A DNA stretch of 64,000 bases from Octopus vulgaris (Eukaryota). Shown piece after piece: positions 1 to 14,240 of this stretch. The notes beneath the pieces are model-generated. The model was not told where the DNA came from. It worked only from the letters and a program-made list of their open reading frames with translations, and did no database searches. The position numbers were made by a program, and so were the translations under genes. How positions within the stretch are numbered: the first letter of the stretch is position 1; each line of letters begins with the position of its first letter. The stretch is taken from NCBI GenBank assembly GCA_951406725.2, contig OX597833.1, positions 35,712,001 to 35,776,000 of the forward strand. The letters run 5' to 3'.

Positions 1-60
<60 letters not shown>

Positions 61-117
61 CATACATACATACAGACACACACCCACACACATATAGACG
101 TATCAGTGTGTGTGGAC

Positions 118-164
<47 letters not shown>

Positions 165-168
<4 letters not shown>

Positions 169-422
169 GGGATTGAACACGAAAAGTGGACAGTCAACAT
201 GCTAGATATAGACGTCAAATCGCCATACTCCACAAAAGATTATGTTCTCAGATCATAATATTTTGTGGAGAATGGCGATTTGACGTCTATATCTAGCATG
301 TTGACTGTCCACTTTTCGTGTTCAGTCCTTAATTGGTATATATAAATATTTTAAATTTCGGATTCTTTTTTAATATGCTAGACCACTGGTCTTAATTGAT
401 AAATATCAATCTCTACCCTTAA

Positions 423-428
<6 letters not shown>
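165..428. mobile_element. (TA)n-anchored fold-back element, copy 1: ~80-bp inverted arms (165-332) plus ~95-bp tail
   Basis: ttaagggattgaacacgaaaagtggacagtcaacatgctaga... pairs with ...tctagcatgttgactgtccacttttcgtgttcagtccttaa; (TA)n on both flanks. Confidence 0.75.
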
Positions 429-510
<82 letters not shown>

Positions 511-726
511 GCGTGTGTGCGTGTGTAAACACATTCATAAGTATGTACACCTACATATGTTCACAAACAAAAGTTTACTCACTTTTGACGCTGTGGGTCT
601 CGAAGTTTTCTAATACTGAACATACATCGATCTCACCTTTAATCTCTCTCTATACATACATAAATACATACATACATACATACATACATACATGCACACA
701 CATATATATATATACGTATATATACA

Positions 727-809
<83 letters not shown>

Positions 810-1330
810 GTGCATCTGAATGTCTGATTGTATGTGTATATATTTGTGTATATCTATGTATATATTCGCGAATGTTTATCCATATATACGCCAAAAATAA
901 AAGGGAATTTTCTTTAGTCATAAGTGGAAATGTTGCTAAATCGTACTACAGTCCTTCGTATAGAGTAACGGCATATGCCAAAGATATAACAGGTGGGAGG
1001 AAAACCTAGGATGTCAATCGAAAATTACTCAACGCAAAATTTTTAAGACGCCATAAATTAGTGCTTGTTTTTGTATAAGTATATGGATTGATCGAACATA
1101 GAATATGAAAATATGCATAAGTATAGTATATATATATATGTGTGTGTGTGTGCGTGTGTATAATGCATATGTATATCTATATATTTACAACAATGGGCGT
1201 GACTGTATGTACTTATATATATATATATATATATACATATATAGATACATATACATATATATATATATGTGTGTATATATATATATATACATATACATAT
1301 GTGTGTACGCACGTACACACATATATACAT

Positions 1331-1389
<59 letters not shown>

Positions 1390-1669
1390 TAATATATACA
1401 TATATACATACATATATCTGTATGTGTGTACATATATATGTGTGTGAGCATGAATGTATGTATCTTTTATCTTTTACTTGTTTCAGTCATTAAAATGCGG
1501 CCATGCTTGATCGCATCCTTAAAATTTTTTGAATCGAATGAATGGATCCCAACATATTTATTTTTTTATATATATACATACACACATAAACAGAATCACA
1601 TTCACGTGACCCCAAGGTCCCTCTCCTACGGTCAATTGTTGCCAGGAAATATACTGTAAATTAACACTT

Positions 1670-1905
1670 CTTAGTCGTTAGGGTGTTGCACTCACGATTG
1701 CGGGTTCGAATCCCAGACCGGGTGTTGCGTTGTCTTCTTGAGCAAAGCACTTCATTTCACGTTTCTCTGTGATTATTTCACATCTGACATGTTGCCCCTG
1801 TACAGGTAATATCGATTTGATGGCTGGAATGAGCTTATGTCTACACAAACATTTGATCAGCATAAACAAATCATCTGTGTGGTTGTTCGGTAAGAAATTG
1901 TCGAA
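1670..1905 (+). mobile_element. tRNA-derived SINE (family C head/core, tail variant 1)
   Basis: B-box ggttcgaatcc; core ttgagcaaagcacttcatttcac shared with 14838 and 44561 copies. Confidence 0.7.
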
Positions 1906-1915
1906 TATATATATA

Positions 1916-2048
<133 letters not shown>

Positions 2049-2499
2049 ATAGGTAGATAGGTAGATAGATAGATAGATAGATACAAATACACATACACAC
2101 ACACATATATACACAAACGCTCATACATATATATATATACATATGTATACACACACAAATGTATAAGTTTTCCATTCATTATTCATTTTAATTTATATGA
2201 TAATATGTGTGCATGTGGTGTGTGTTTAATATGTGCACGTGCATATATTGAAATGGTTGACATAAGAATATTGTTACCCAGACGATATTTTGTAAAGTAG
2301 TCATTCTGTAAATTAATGAACAATGTCGATCTTACCCCAGTATGTAACCAGGGTCACTTTGATCGCCATATGTTGTGGAGGGAGGATCCCAAATATAGCC
2401 ACAGGACAATAGCTAAGAAGTTTTAATAAGTTACGTATTGTATTTAATACTTATCTAATATTAGATGAATATATATTCAATATATGCAAAAATGTAAAG

Positions 2500-2885
2500 T
2501 GGCAGACATGTTAGCCCGCCGGGTGAAATGCTTAGCGGTATTTCGTTTGTTTTTAAGTTCTGAGTTCAAATTCCGCCAAGGTCGACTTTGCCTTTTATCC
2601 TTTCTGTGTCGATAAATTAAGTACCTGTTACACACTGGGTCGATGAAATCGACTTGATCCGCTTGTCTGTCCTTGTTTCTCCCTTATGTGTTTAGCCCCT
2701 TGTAGGTAGTAAAGAAATAGGTATTTCGTCTGTTTTTAAGTTCCGAGTTCAAATTCCCCCGAGGTCAACTTCGACTTTCATCCTTCCGATGTCGATAAAG
2801 TAAGTACCAGTTGCGGACTGCGTCGATCTATTTGACTAATCCCCTACTCCAAAATTTCGGGCATTGTGCCTAGACTAGAAAAGAA
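2500..2885 (+). mobile_element. tRNA-derived SINE family A, dimeric form
   Basis: gttagc..gccgggtgaaatgcttagcggtatttcg..gagttcaaattcc..ggtcgactttgcc core occurs twice, second unit with a different tail. Confidence 0.88.
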
Positions 2886-3121
2886 TACATACAATTTCAT
2901 ACACACACACGCATACAAATGGATACGGAATGAGGAAAGAATATACACAGACACACACGAAAGCGTATATATCTCTGCACACAGGCAAACCCACCCACAC
3001 ATACACACACATACATACATTATGTAGATATACATATACATATTTATGTATATATATATGCGTATGTATATCTTTTATATATATATACAGACACACACAC
3101 ACACACACATATATGTATATA

Positions 3122-3218
<97 letters not shown>

Positions 3219-3330
3219 TGTTAAATTTCTGCTGCTTTTAAATAAAGCATATTACTCTACCAATGGTATTTGAGCACACTTTTTTCCACCTTGCTTCACA
3301 TTTATGTGTTTGCTCCGGTATATATATGAG

Positions 3331-3405
<75 letters not shown>

Positions 3406-3581
3406 ATGTTTATATATATACCTAAATGCTAATAAGACACTCTTTTAATAAGTTATACATATATATATATATATAAATATATGGGTGTATATACATACAC
3501 ATACATACATACATGCAAACACGTACATATAAGTGTGTCCTTGTGTGTCTGTCTGTATATATTATATGCATATGTCTATAT

Positions 3582-3699
<118 letters not shown>

Positions 3700-3986
3700 T
3701 ATATAGTGATAAAATGTTATATTATCCTACTAACATATATATGTATATAAGAATATATGCATGAATGTCTCAACGTGATGTAAAAAGTTTCCTTCACGAT
3801 TAACATGCGTAGTTATCTACGATTACATATTAGCCAGACTACGTAGTTACATATGTTTCTAGGGATGATATATACTTATACAATTATATACATACATATA
3901 CATACATGCACATATATATGCATTTATATATATATATGTGTACATGTCTGTTTCAACACGTACATATATAATTGTATATGAATATG

Positions 3987-4056
<70 letters not shown>

Positions 4057-4094
4057 TATATATATATGTATATATATATGTATATATATATATG

Positions 4095-4170
<76 letters not shown>

Positions 4171-4370
4171 TATATATATATAGTGAAAAAGAGAGAGAGA
4201 GAGAGGTGTTGCAGAGATTCATAGATAAATATAAAGATTGATATGTGTATATAGATAGACATCCATGGATATACCTCTATATATCAGCCTATATATACAT
4301 GTGTGTATGAGTGTGTGGGTATATTCATATATAAATATACACAAATATATATATATATATATGTATATAC

Positions 4371-4531
<161 letters not shown>

Positions 4532-4612
4532 CAGATAGATAGATATGTATGTACTTATGTATATGTATGTTTGAACGTTTATATATGGCAACAGCGGGAA
4601 AGACAAGGATAC

Positions 4613-4664
<52 letters not shown>

Positions 4665-4825
4665 ACATATATATATTTATATAATAATTCTTTGAACGAT
4701 ATTTATATATGTAAGTATACATGTATGTATACATAGATATATATTTACATATATATTTATATATGTAAGTATATATGTATGTATACATACATATATATAT
4801 TTACATATATATATATATATCGTTC

Positions 4826-4883
<58 letters not shown>

Positions 4884-4889
<6 letters not shown>

Positions 4890-5116
4890 TAGACAGACAG
4901 ACAAGTGTATAGATAGATACATACACAGATAGATAGATAAATAGAGATATAGCACTATAATTATATTTAAAATTATATGCATCGACAAATAAAGATATAT
5001 ATATATATAATTATAGACAGACAGACAAATGTATAGATAGATACATACACAGATAGATAGATAAATAGAGATATAGCACTATAATTATATTTAAAATTAT
5101 ATGTATCGACAAATAA

Positions 5117-5120
<4 letters not shown>
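4884..5120. repeat. Direct tandem duplication, ~122-bp period
   Basis: ataattatagacagacagaca...atcgacaaataaagat present twice, near-identical. Confidence 0.9.
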
Positions 5121-5189
<69 letters not shown>

Positions 5190-5293
5190 TATATACTTAT
5201 ATATATATATATACATTGATATATATATATATATACATCTTAATATTTTTTAATATATATATGCATTCCTGTTGATGCATAAATATATATGTG

Positions 5294-5343
<50 letters not shown>

Positions 5344-5838
5344 TGTATACATAGTTATTTATTCATATAAAATAGAAAGATGGAAGGATATATATATATA
5401 TGCATGTATACATATACATATGCATATATATATATGTATATATATATATATGTATACAAGTATGTATATATATGCACTTATATATCAGTATGTAAGTATA
5501 TATATATACATATATATATATATATACATTTATATGTATATATATATCTATATATAATTTATATGCATATATACATAAATATATATACATATATATATAT
5601 ACACCCATATACATCTCTATCTATATATATATATATGTGTGTGTGTATTTACGTACAGAGTGTATGTATTTATGTATATAAAGAATACCTATTTATGCAT
5701 ATGGTTATATAAATAAATATATTGATATGTATCTATATGTAAGTATAAATAAGTATAAATATATAAGTATATCTAATATATAACATATAAGTATATATAA
5801 TATATAATATATAAGTATATATAATATATAATATATAA

Positions 5839-5951
<113 letters not shown>

Positions 5952-5994
5952 TTCTGTTGATGCATAAATATATGTGTATATATATATGTATATA

Positions 5995-6100
<106 letters not shown>

Positions 6101-6249
6101 CGTGTGTGTGTATGTCTGAGTGTGTGTAATTGTGTTTGTATATATATATATATATATATATTAACATATATATATATATATATATACATACATATATATA
6201 TATATACATTTATATACATATATATATATATACACACAAACACACACAC

Positions 6250-6299
<50 letters not shown>

Positions 6300-6599
6300 T
6301 AACATATATATATTTATATTTTCCCTGACACTCCGAATCATATGAATTGTTTTCGAAATCAAAAGCTTAAAGCTGTAGATTGGTTCAAGGAAGCAGTTGT
6401 CACATCCCCATATAATCTCTGTTCTACTGTTTTATCCTTTGATTTGCAATGACGTTCAAGAAACAATTAACATCGCCCGGTCTTCATGTAGATGTGTGTG
6501 TGTGTTTGTGTATGTGTGTGTGCGTGTATGTGTGTCCTTGTGCGTGTTTGTGTGACTATGTCTTTGCGCTTGTCAGTATATCCTCATACATTTCTACTT

Positions 6600-6657
<58 letters not shown>

Positions 6658-6991
6658 TAAATAAATGAAAGAATGGAGTTGAACGACGATTTAATAAAAT
6701 GTGCTACCCAGGTATCGGTTAACCGAATTATCCATACTAGGATAATTCATTCAACTACTTATATATATATATATATATATATACTGATACTTAAAATATA
6801 CATGTCTATAATTGTACATGAAAAAACGTACTATGTTTCGTTAATTGAATTATAATACTTCAAGGCTGTGCCACAGCATGGCCGCAGCCAATTGATAGAG
6901 ACAGTGGGTCGGGAAAGGAGAAACACCGGCTCCCCAGGCTAAAGAAGATCAACAGCCACGTAAAGTTTAATACGTAAAAATATCATATTCA

Positions 6992-7096
<105 letters not shown>

Positions 7097-7168
7097 CAAT
7101 GATAAATCTCAGAGCGAGTTATAAACAGTAGCAGCAACACATCGCGACGTATATTTGCCATGAGCGAG

Positions 7169-7224
<56 letters not shown>

Positions 7225-7244
7225 ATAAATCAATAAATAAAACA

Positions 7245-7680
7245 TATGCCTACGGGCTAAAACATTTTTAAGGATTTAAGGATATACATACATATATGCA
7301 CGTACGTACCTCTACATGTATATATACATGCATATATGGGTACAGGACACCAAAAAAAACGTCGAACACAATGAGAAACGAAAACATAAACAGAAAACCA
7401 AGGAAATGGACATTTCTTTTAAACAATGAAAAATTAGAGTACAGGACGTACAAAACAAGGAAAATTCCCCTTCTTCAGTCGCCATAGTTTCATCTACTCC
7501 ACGTTTCGAATGTCAAGGCGATACATGACTTCAATAAAACTTTCCTACCCGCGAAAATCAAATTAAATAAAATTTGAGATTTTTTTGCGGAGGGGAAAAA
7601 ATGGTAACAAAACAGGATAGTAACGACAGTACAAAATATAAACAGTAAAAGACAGGACACGGAGAATAACAGTAACACAT
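7245..7680 (-). mobile_element. Microsatellite-anchored interspersed repeat, homologous to 21365-21760 (+); possibly a Penelope-like terminal region
   Basis: Reverse complement aligns with 21365-21760 (cgtggagtag..actgaagaaggg..tttcgtttctcattgtgttc..tcctgta). Confidence 0.65.
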
Positions 7681-7744
7681 ATATATTTATATTTGTGTCT
7701 GTGTGCATGTACGTATGTGTGTGTGTTTGTGTGTTTGTAAGTAC

Positions 7745-8030
7745 ATTGTATATACTTTTATTCTTTAGCTTGTTTCAGTCATTTGACTGCGGCCATGCTG
7801 GAGCCCAGGACTTATTCTTTGTAAGCCTAGTACTTATCGGTGTTTTTTACGGAACCCATAAGTTACGGGGACGTAAACACACCAACATCGGTTTTCAAGC
7901 GATAGTGGCGGAGCAAACACATAATCAGAGAGAAACATATGCATATATATACATATATGCACGAGCTTCTTTCAGTTTCCGTCAACGAAATCCACTCACA
8001 AACTTTGGTCGGCGCGTGGCTATAGTAGAA
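7745..8030 (-). mobile_element. SINE family B copy (head truncated)
   Basis: ttgtttcagtcatttgactgcggccatgctggagc tail and ttcagtttccgtc..aaatccactcaca body. Confidence 0.85.
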
Positions 8031-8102
8031 AACTTATACTTACAAACATTCCTAAACAGAAACGGTTTTTCTCCTGTATGCTAATATATATATTGTATGT
8101 GT

Positions 8103-8163
<61 letters not shown>

Positions 8164-8466
8164 TATATATATGTATATATATATATATATATACACAGGT
8201 GTGTGTGTATGTATATATTTTTCTTATGTTTGCGTGCGTGTGTGTGAGAGAGAGAGGTAGATAGATAGATAGATAGATAGAGACAGAGAGAGAGAGGGGG
8301 GAGAAATGTGAGAGAAAGAGGAAAAGATTAAGGATTAGTACATTTAATGTTTCTCCATTGTTGAAGATAGTAGTTTCACTTATATGAAAACAACTTGTAC
8401 ATAAGAATACTCTTCGTTTCGGATTCATTATGCCGGCCTCAGCATAATTCTTATATGCAATGAAGT

Positions 8467-8498
<32 letters not shown>

Positions 8499-8583
8499 TG
8501 TATGTATGTATGTATGTATGTATGTATAGATGTAGGTTTGTATCTATCTATCTATCTATCTCTCTCTCTCTCTCTCTCTCTCT

Positions 8584-8614
<31 letters not shown>

Positions 8615-8627
8615 TATATATAAATAT

Positions 8628-8953
8628 ACGAGAAAGAAGCAACAAGAATGGATTAGTTTTTAGTACAATTGTTTCATACAAAAGACAGGCTTTATTAAAA
8701 GTTGCAAATATTGCAGCAGATAAAAGTGTCCCGTACTCATCTTTTATCTGCTGCAATATTTGCAACTTTTAATAAAGCCTGTCTTTGTATGAAACAATTG
8801 TACTAAAAACTAATCCATTCTTGTTGCTTCTTTCTCGTTTATAATCACCCCACATTACTGTATGGTTAACACCATATAGTTTTCTGGTGCATCTAAGTTA
8901 AGTACCGCATTCAAGTAAATTCATTAGAATTGACTTGAATCTTAATTGCTTTT
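8628..8953. mobile_element. (TA)n-anchored fold-back element, copy 2: ~99-bp near-perfect arms (8628-8838), 14-nt loop, ~115-bp tail
   Basis: acgagaaagaagcaacaagaatggattag...gataaaag pairs with cttttatc...ccattcttgttgcttctttctcgt; one 1-nt indel seen. Confidence 0.8.
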
Positions 8954-8975
8954 ATATATAAATATATGTATGTAT

Positions 8976-9029
<54 letters not shown>

Positions 9030-9031
<2 letters not shown>

Positions 9032-9860
9032 AAAGCGCAAGGAATATTAATGCAGTATATGGAGATCGGTCAATAAGCATAAGCCAGTGTCAACGGTGGT
9101 GGAAGAAAATCCAATCGTTACTGTTGAGGAACTAGCAGAGAAGCTTGGATTCGGTCATTCTACCATTCATTGACACCTACATGCCATCGGAAGAGGCAGC
9201 AAACTGGGTCAATAGGTTCCTCTCAAACTTTTTGAGTCTAATCGCGGGCAGAATGTGAACGTGTGCATTTCTTTGCTGTCATGTCTCACGAATGAACCTT
9301 TTTTCGGACCGAATAGAAACTGGTGTCGAGAAACGGGTTCTCTACAAAAATGTCAAGCGTCGAAAACAGTGGGTCGGGAAAGGAGAAACACCGGCACCCC
9401 ATGCTAAAGAAGGTTATCACCCACGTAAAGTATTGTTATCTGTTTGGTGGGATATGAATGGTTTAGTCCACTTTGAACTTTTAAACCCAAACCAAACGAT
9501 AACAAAGCAGCTTTAGCGGCTTAAGTTAACACTAGAAGAAAAAGGCTATCTTTGATTTCAAGGTGAAATATGTTCTTCCATCGAGATAATGCTCGGCCAC
9601 ATACAGTCAGGATGACATTACAAAGGCTAGATCAGTTTGAACCGGAAACGATGCCCCACCTACCACATTCGCCGACATTGCCCCATCTGATTATCATTTA
9701 TTCCGTAGTCTTCAAAAATCGTTTGGACGGAAAATATATGAATTCTGTAGACGAGGTCAGAACAGTAGTGGAGGAGTATTTTACGTCACGGACAAGTGAA
9801 TTTTGAAAGAGGGGCCTTGCAAGTCTACCATATATGTGGAAGAGCATTGTAGAGAATGAA
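9030..9860 (+). pseudogene. Mariner (DD34D) transposase fossil
   Basis: HPRKVLLSVWWD, FHRDNARPH and PHLPHSP (YSPDLAP-like) motifs; frameshifts and stops. Confidence 0.9.
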
Positions 9861-10852
9861 TGACTTGTTTTCATCATCTACAGCAATGACATTACTGACA
9901 CCATCAAGCACAGTAACAAGAATATTTGCAGATGATTCCAAGATCCAGAAGGTCATCAATGAAGTGGGTGACTAGGCATGCCTTCAGTCATCCAATGGGC
10001 GGAAAAGAATAATATGCTGGTGAACGAGGACAAATTTGATTTAATCCACTTCGGAAAAGAGGATACCTTGAAACTCCCATTCTCCTTTCCTTAAGGTGAA
10101 ACTCGCATAGCATCCAGCAACATCAGAGACTTGGGAGTAATTGTGGACAACAACATAAGCTGGGCCGCTCATCTAAACAGCAAAGTTGACATACCCGCAG
10201 AATATGCTTCTGGGTACTCAGAACTTTCCAGTCGAGAGATAGCCACAGCATTATCCTTCTCTTCTCTACTATTGACCGACCCCACCTTGAATACTGTTGT
10301 CCACTGTGGTCTCCCCACACGAAACAAAGTATCATGAAAATTGAAGCAGCTCAAAGGGCAATTACAAAAAGAAAAAAAATAGATAGCATAACAAACCTTG
10401 ACTATTCTCTCCAACGCCGCCGTGAGCGCTATATCATCTGCCTGATGTGGAAAATATTCCATCAGCATTGCTCAAATGATGTTGGCATCGCCTTTAAGAT
10501 ACACCCAAGACTCAACCCCGTGCTATCCGCCCGCGACATAAATCATACTCGCATCACATAACAATAAGGCACTATAATTTCACCTCAATTAGCCCCCGTT
10601 CTCTTTAACATTACACCAAAACACATTAAAGCAAAAACAGACCCCATATAGCTCAAGAATTCTTTGGACAAATTCCTTTAAAAAAATCCCAGATAAACCT
10701 CATACAACCGGATATGTCTCCATAAACAACAACTCATTCCTCGAGTGGGTCATGTTGTCCGATTTCGGATTTGAATAACTTTGCCAGGTGATACTATTAA
10801 GTTAGACATAGCGTGGGGCAATACTGCCCGAAACCTATCAAAGTATCAAAGT
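9861..10852 (+). mobile_element. 5'-truncated CR1-like LINE (RT C-terminal part and 3' tail) abutting the mariner
   Basis: IFADDSKI, RDLGVIVDNNISW, EYCCPLWSP, KIEAAQRAITK, SLQRRRERY motifs; ends in aaagtatc repeat then (TATG)n. Confidence 0.85.
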
Positions 10853-10859
10853 ATGTATG

Positions 10860-10893
<34 letters not shown>

Positions 10894-11009
10894 TGTATGT
10901 ATGTATGTATGTATGTATGTATGTATGTATGTATGTGCAGATTTGTATGTTTTATGTATGTATTCTTATGCATATAGTTGCATATCTATACATGCTCATA
11001 TATATTTAA

Positions 11010-13147
11010 ATGATAAACTTCTGGAAAGTTTTACAGATTTCTACAGTTGCAGTGATAGATTGAATCTGTAGTCTTCGAATGTTCTTTCTCCTTTCTGGTT
11101 CTGAGAAGCCTAATTTCTCAAGATTGGTATTTAGACAGTGTGTTACATATCCCAGGGCTCCAATAATTACAGGTATAAGCCTAAACTTGTAATCTGGTTA
11201 GAGTAACTGCAGATTTCTCCATAGATCAGAATAGGTGTTCTCTTTTTCACTGATCTTCAGCATTATATTAACATCTGCTGGGCAGCTAATTTCCACAACT
11301 GTGCACAGTTTCTCTTCTCTATCCCAAATCATTATATGAGGTCTGTTGTGCTTACATTTTATTGAGGTCTTCATTGGTATATTTCACCAGCATTCGTTTT
11401 TCATTATGTGTGGCTATGGCTTCTACCATATTGTGGGTTCTTATTTCTTTATCCTCGAGATTAACCTACCGACGGATTTTACTATAGCGTGTCCTAGCTA
11501 CAACGTCATGTCTCATCGGTAGATAATACCGTGATGATATTTTCGGACTACTGCTTATGGTGCGGGTGATATCTTCAGTGTGAACTCCACAAAGTCTGCA
11601 TCGATTGTCACATTTGAGTTCTTTTCCTGTATCTCTATCCCTTTTGTGCATCAGGTACTTGGTTGACATTTCCTGTTCCTGGATTGCAAACGCATAACCT
11701 TCAAAGTGGGAGGTAGTAATCCGGTTATTGGTCCATGGTAAACTGCTTTGATGATCAACGTGACTATCATCACGGAGCTTTCTAGTAACATATCCATGCA
11801 TAGTCGTCTGTTCATATAGGCTCATCCTTTCATCTTATGATACGATGCGGTAGATTTGTGCGACTTCTTTGGGCATGTATTGTAGGTTATCAGACAAAGA
11901 GTTTTGGTCAAGGAGCTGCCTTCTAAGTCTTATGATGTTATCAGCCACATGTATGCAAAACTTGGTCAATGGATGCACTTCGACACTTGGTAGTTAAAAG
12001 ATGTTGCCGGAGGGATATGACGCGACATTCAAAGACATTTTGGATCGATGTTAAGCCTCTGCCGCCTTGTTTTCATTTTAGGTAGAGGCGGTCTACATCA
12101 CTGTTTATGTATGCTTGTTAGTATTTTTCGAGTTTTCACATCAATGGCTCGGATCTCATCAAGCTTTCAATCAAGCAGCTCAAATATTGATATAAGTACT
12201 GGCAGAGCAAACACATTATGGGCCACTGTTTTATTGAATGCAGCGAGCTCTGAGGTCCAGATTTTCTGTATTCGGCTGTAATGTTCTTTAACCAAACGTG
12301 TTTTGTTACAGGTGCCACTGTAAGATATATTTTCATCCTCCCCCAAATACCTGTAACATTCCTCGTCAGATTCAGGGGAAACGGTCAAATAATTGATGGA
12401 GATGTTACTAGTCAGGCTTATAGTTTCCCCCTTTTCACAACCATATAACAACATTTATCCTGACCAAAGTCCAACCCCACATTCTTTGAGAATGTTGTAA
12501 CTAGGTCGAGGCTCTTTTTCATCTCATGCATATTCTTTGCATAAAGCTTTAAGTCGTCCACAAAAGTTACACTGTGTAATTTTTGTCTTTCTGTTTCCTT
12601 GTGAACCACTGCGATATCCTTCAGACTTCCTTAACATGAATGACAAGCGGTTATAGAAAGTATAAACAACGCCACAGAGAGGCTGTCTCCTTGGAATATG
12701 CCTTTGCGATACTGTATTCTATCGGTGATAATACAGTCACTCTTTATGTTTACTTTCAAGATGGTGGCCCACGATGAAGTCAGGTCAGCTATGGCTTTGA
12801 CTATTCTCATTGGAACTTTAGCAAGTTGAAGAGCTTCTAGCATCTATGAGTGGGGAAAAGAGTCAAAGGCTTTCTTGTAGTCTAGCCACATTGAAACTAG
12901 GTTCCTCCTATGCTCTCGTACCTTATCCCCAGACTCCCTTCTTCTTAGCTGCTTGTTCTGCTGTTATAATGTTAAATACATCCTCATTCAATTCATAATT
13001 CCAAGAGAAGTGAGTTTTGTAGTTACGGTTTCTTATACAACTACAGCTAGGAAGAATTTGTTTACCTGTTGAGCTGTTGTTTTCATTCTGTTCCTCGATT
13101 GTGTTGTAGTTGATGTTGTGTCCGGTCATGTTGCTTGTAGAAACTCT

Positions 13148-13150
<3 letters not shown>
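11010..13150 (-). mobile_element. R4/Dong-like (RT + restriction-like endonuclease) non-LTR retrotransposon, decayed, internally deleted near 12920
   Basis: KGIFQGDSLS, FVDDLKLY, YRYLG, FAIQEQ, CRLCG...RHD zinc knuckle, PDI-type RLE region; microsatellite at both ends. Confidence 0.88.
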
Positions 13151-13200
<50 letters not shown>

Positions 13201-13437
13201 CACTGATATACATATATATTAGCCTTTTGAAGAAGTAGTTTGTCTGCCACTATGAAGTGTCTGCAGAAGATCCTACGCCAGACTGTTGAATATTCGTAGT
13301 CGCAGTCAACCCTCCTCGGTTTTAAGCTGTTCTTCACTGTAATGTGAATTTGTTTTCATAAATAACTTGACAGGAAATAAAACATTTATACATACATACA
13401 TTCAAGTATGTGTGTGTAAGAGAGAGAGGGAAAGGGT

Positions 13438-13514
<77 letters not shown>

Positions 13515-13540
13515 TGTGTGTTTGCATGTGTTTGTCTGTG

Positions 13541-14240
13541 CAGGGTGTTCGGGTTAAATTTGACAGTTCGCATATAAGCAGAAGAAAGCACAGTATCCCA
13601 TCCAAAAAGGAAAGTATTTTTTAAACATTCACAAATTTCAGCTGGATTATGACTGGAAGATGGCAGTTTACTCAGTGTAGCTGTCATCAACTTCCACCAC
13701 GGCCTCAAGACAGCTTCGAAAACTGGTGCATACGTTCCTTACTGTGTCCCTGGGATGATCTTCGAACATCTTTGATTTGGGCCACCAGCTTGACCTTTGT
13801 ATTGCAAACAAAGAGATTGCTATCACTGTCAACCGCACCCCGTACATAGTAATCTATGGGGTTACTGAGGAAAATAGGGGTCCAGTAATTGGGGCTGGTG
13901 AACTGGTAGAAATTCTCCGACAACGACTTCTAACTGTTTTTGAAGCCAAATCCCGCTGTCATACATCGGTCTCCAGCAGCAACCTTCGAAAGTCATCGAT
14001 TGAGCTGTCTGCAGCCGCTTTGTATAACCATCTGAATTGAGTGTGAGACCCTATTCAAAGTTATGGAGGTCAATTCAGGCGAACGAATGCAGTCAGAACG
14101 CATGCTGCGTCCCTGCCAACTGACGCCGCTTTGTAGTCTGTATGTCATGTCTTACAGCTTTTACGTGTTTCACAAAACGTTGCGCAGCAGTCGTGATATC
14201 ACCATTTTGATACTCGGCGCGAATCATCTTGATAGAGGTA
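13541..14240 (-). pseudogene. Tc1/mariner-superfamily (maT/DD37D-like) transposase 3' fossil with one terminal repeat near 13541
   Basis: YWTPIFLSNPIDYYVRG resembles WPPxSPDLNPLDYYVWG; terminus cagggtgttc; subfamily assignment is tentative. Confidence 0.72.

Noticed and set aside
6322-6490. Open plus-strand frame in a unique island ([16 protein letters not shown]...)
   Set aside because: No splice acceptor and no recognisable domain
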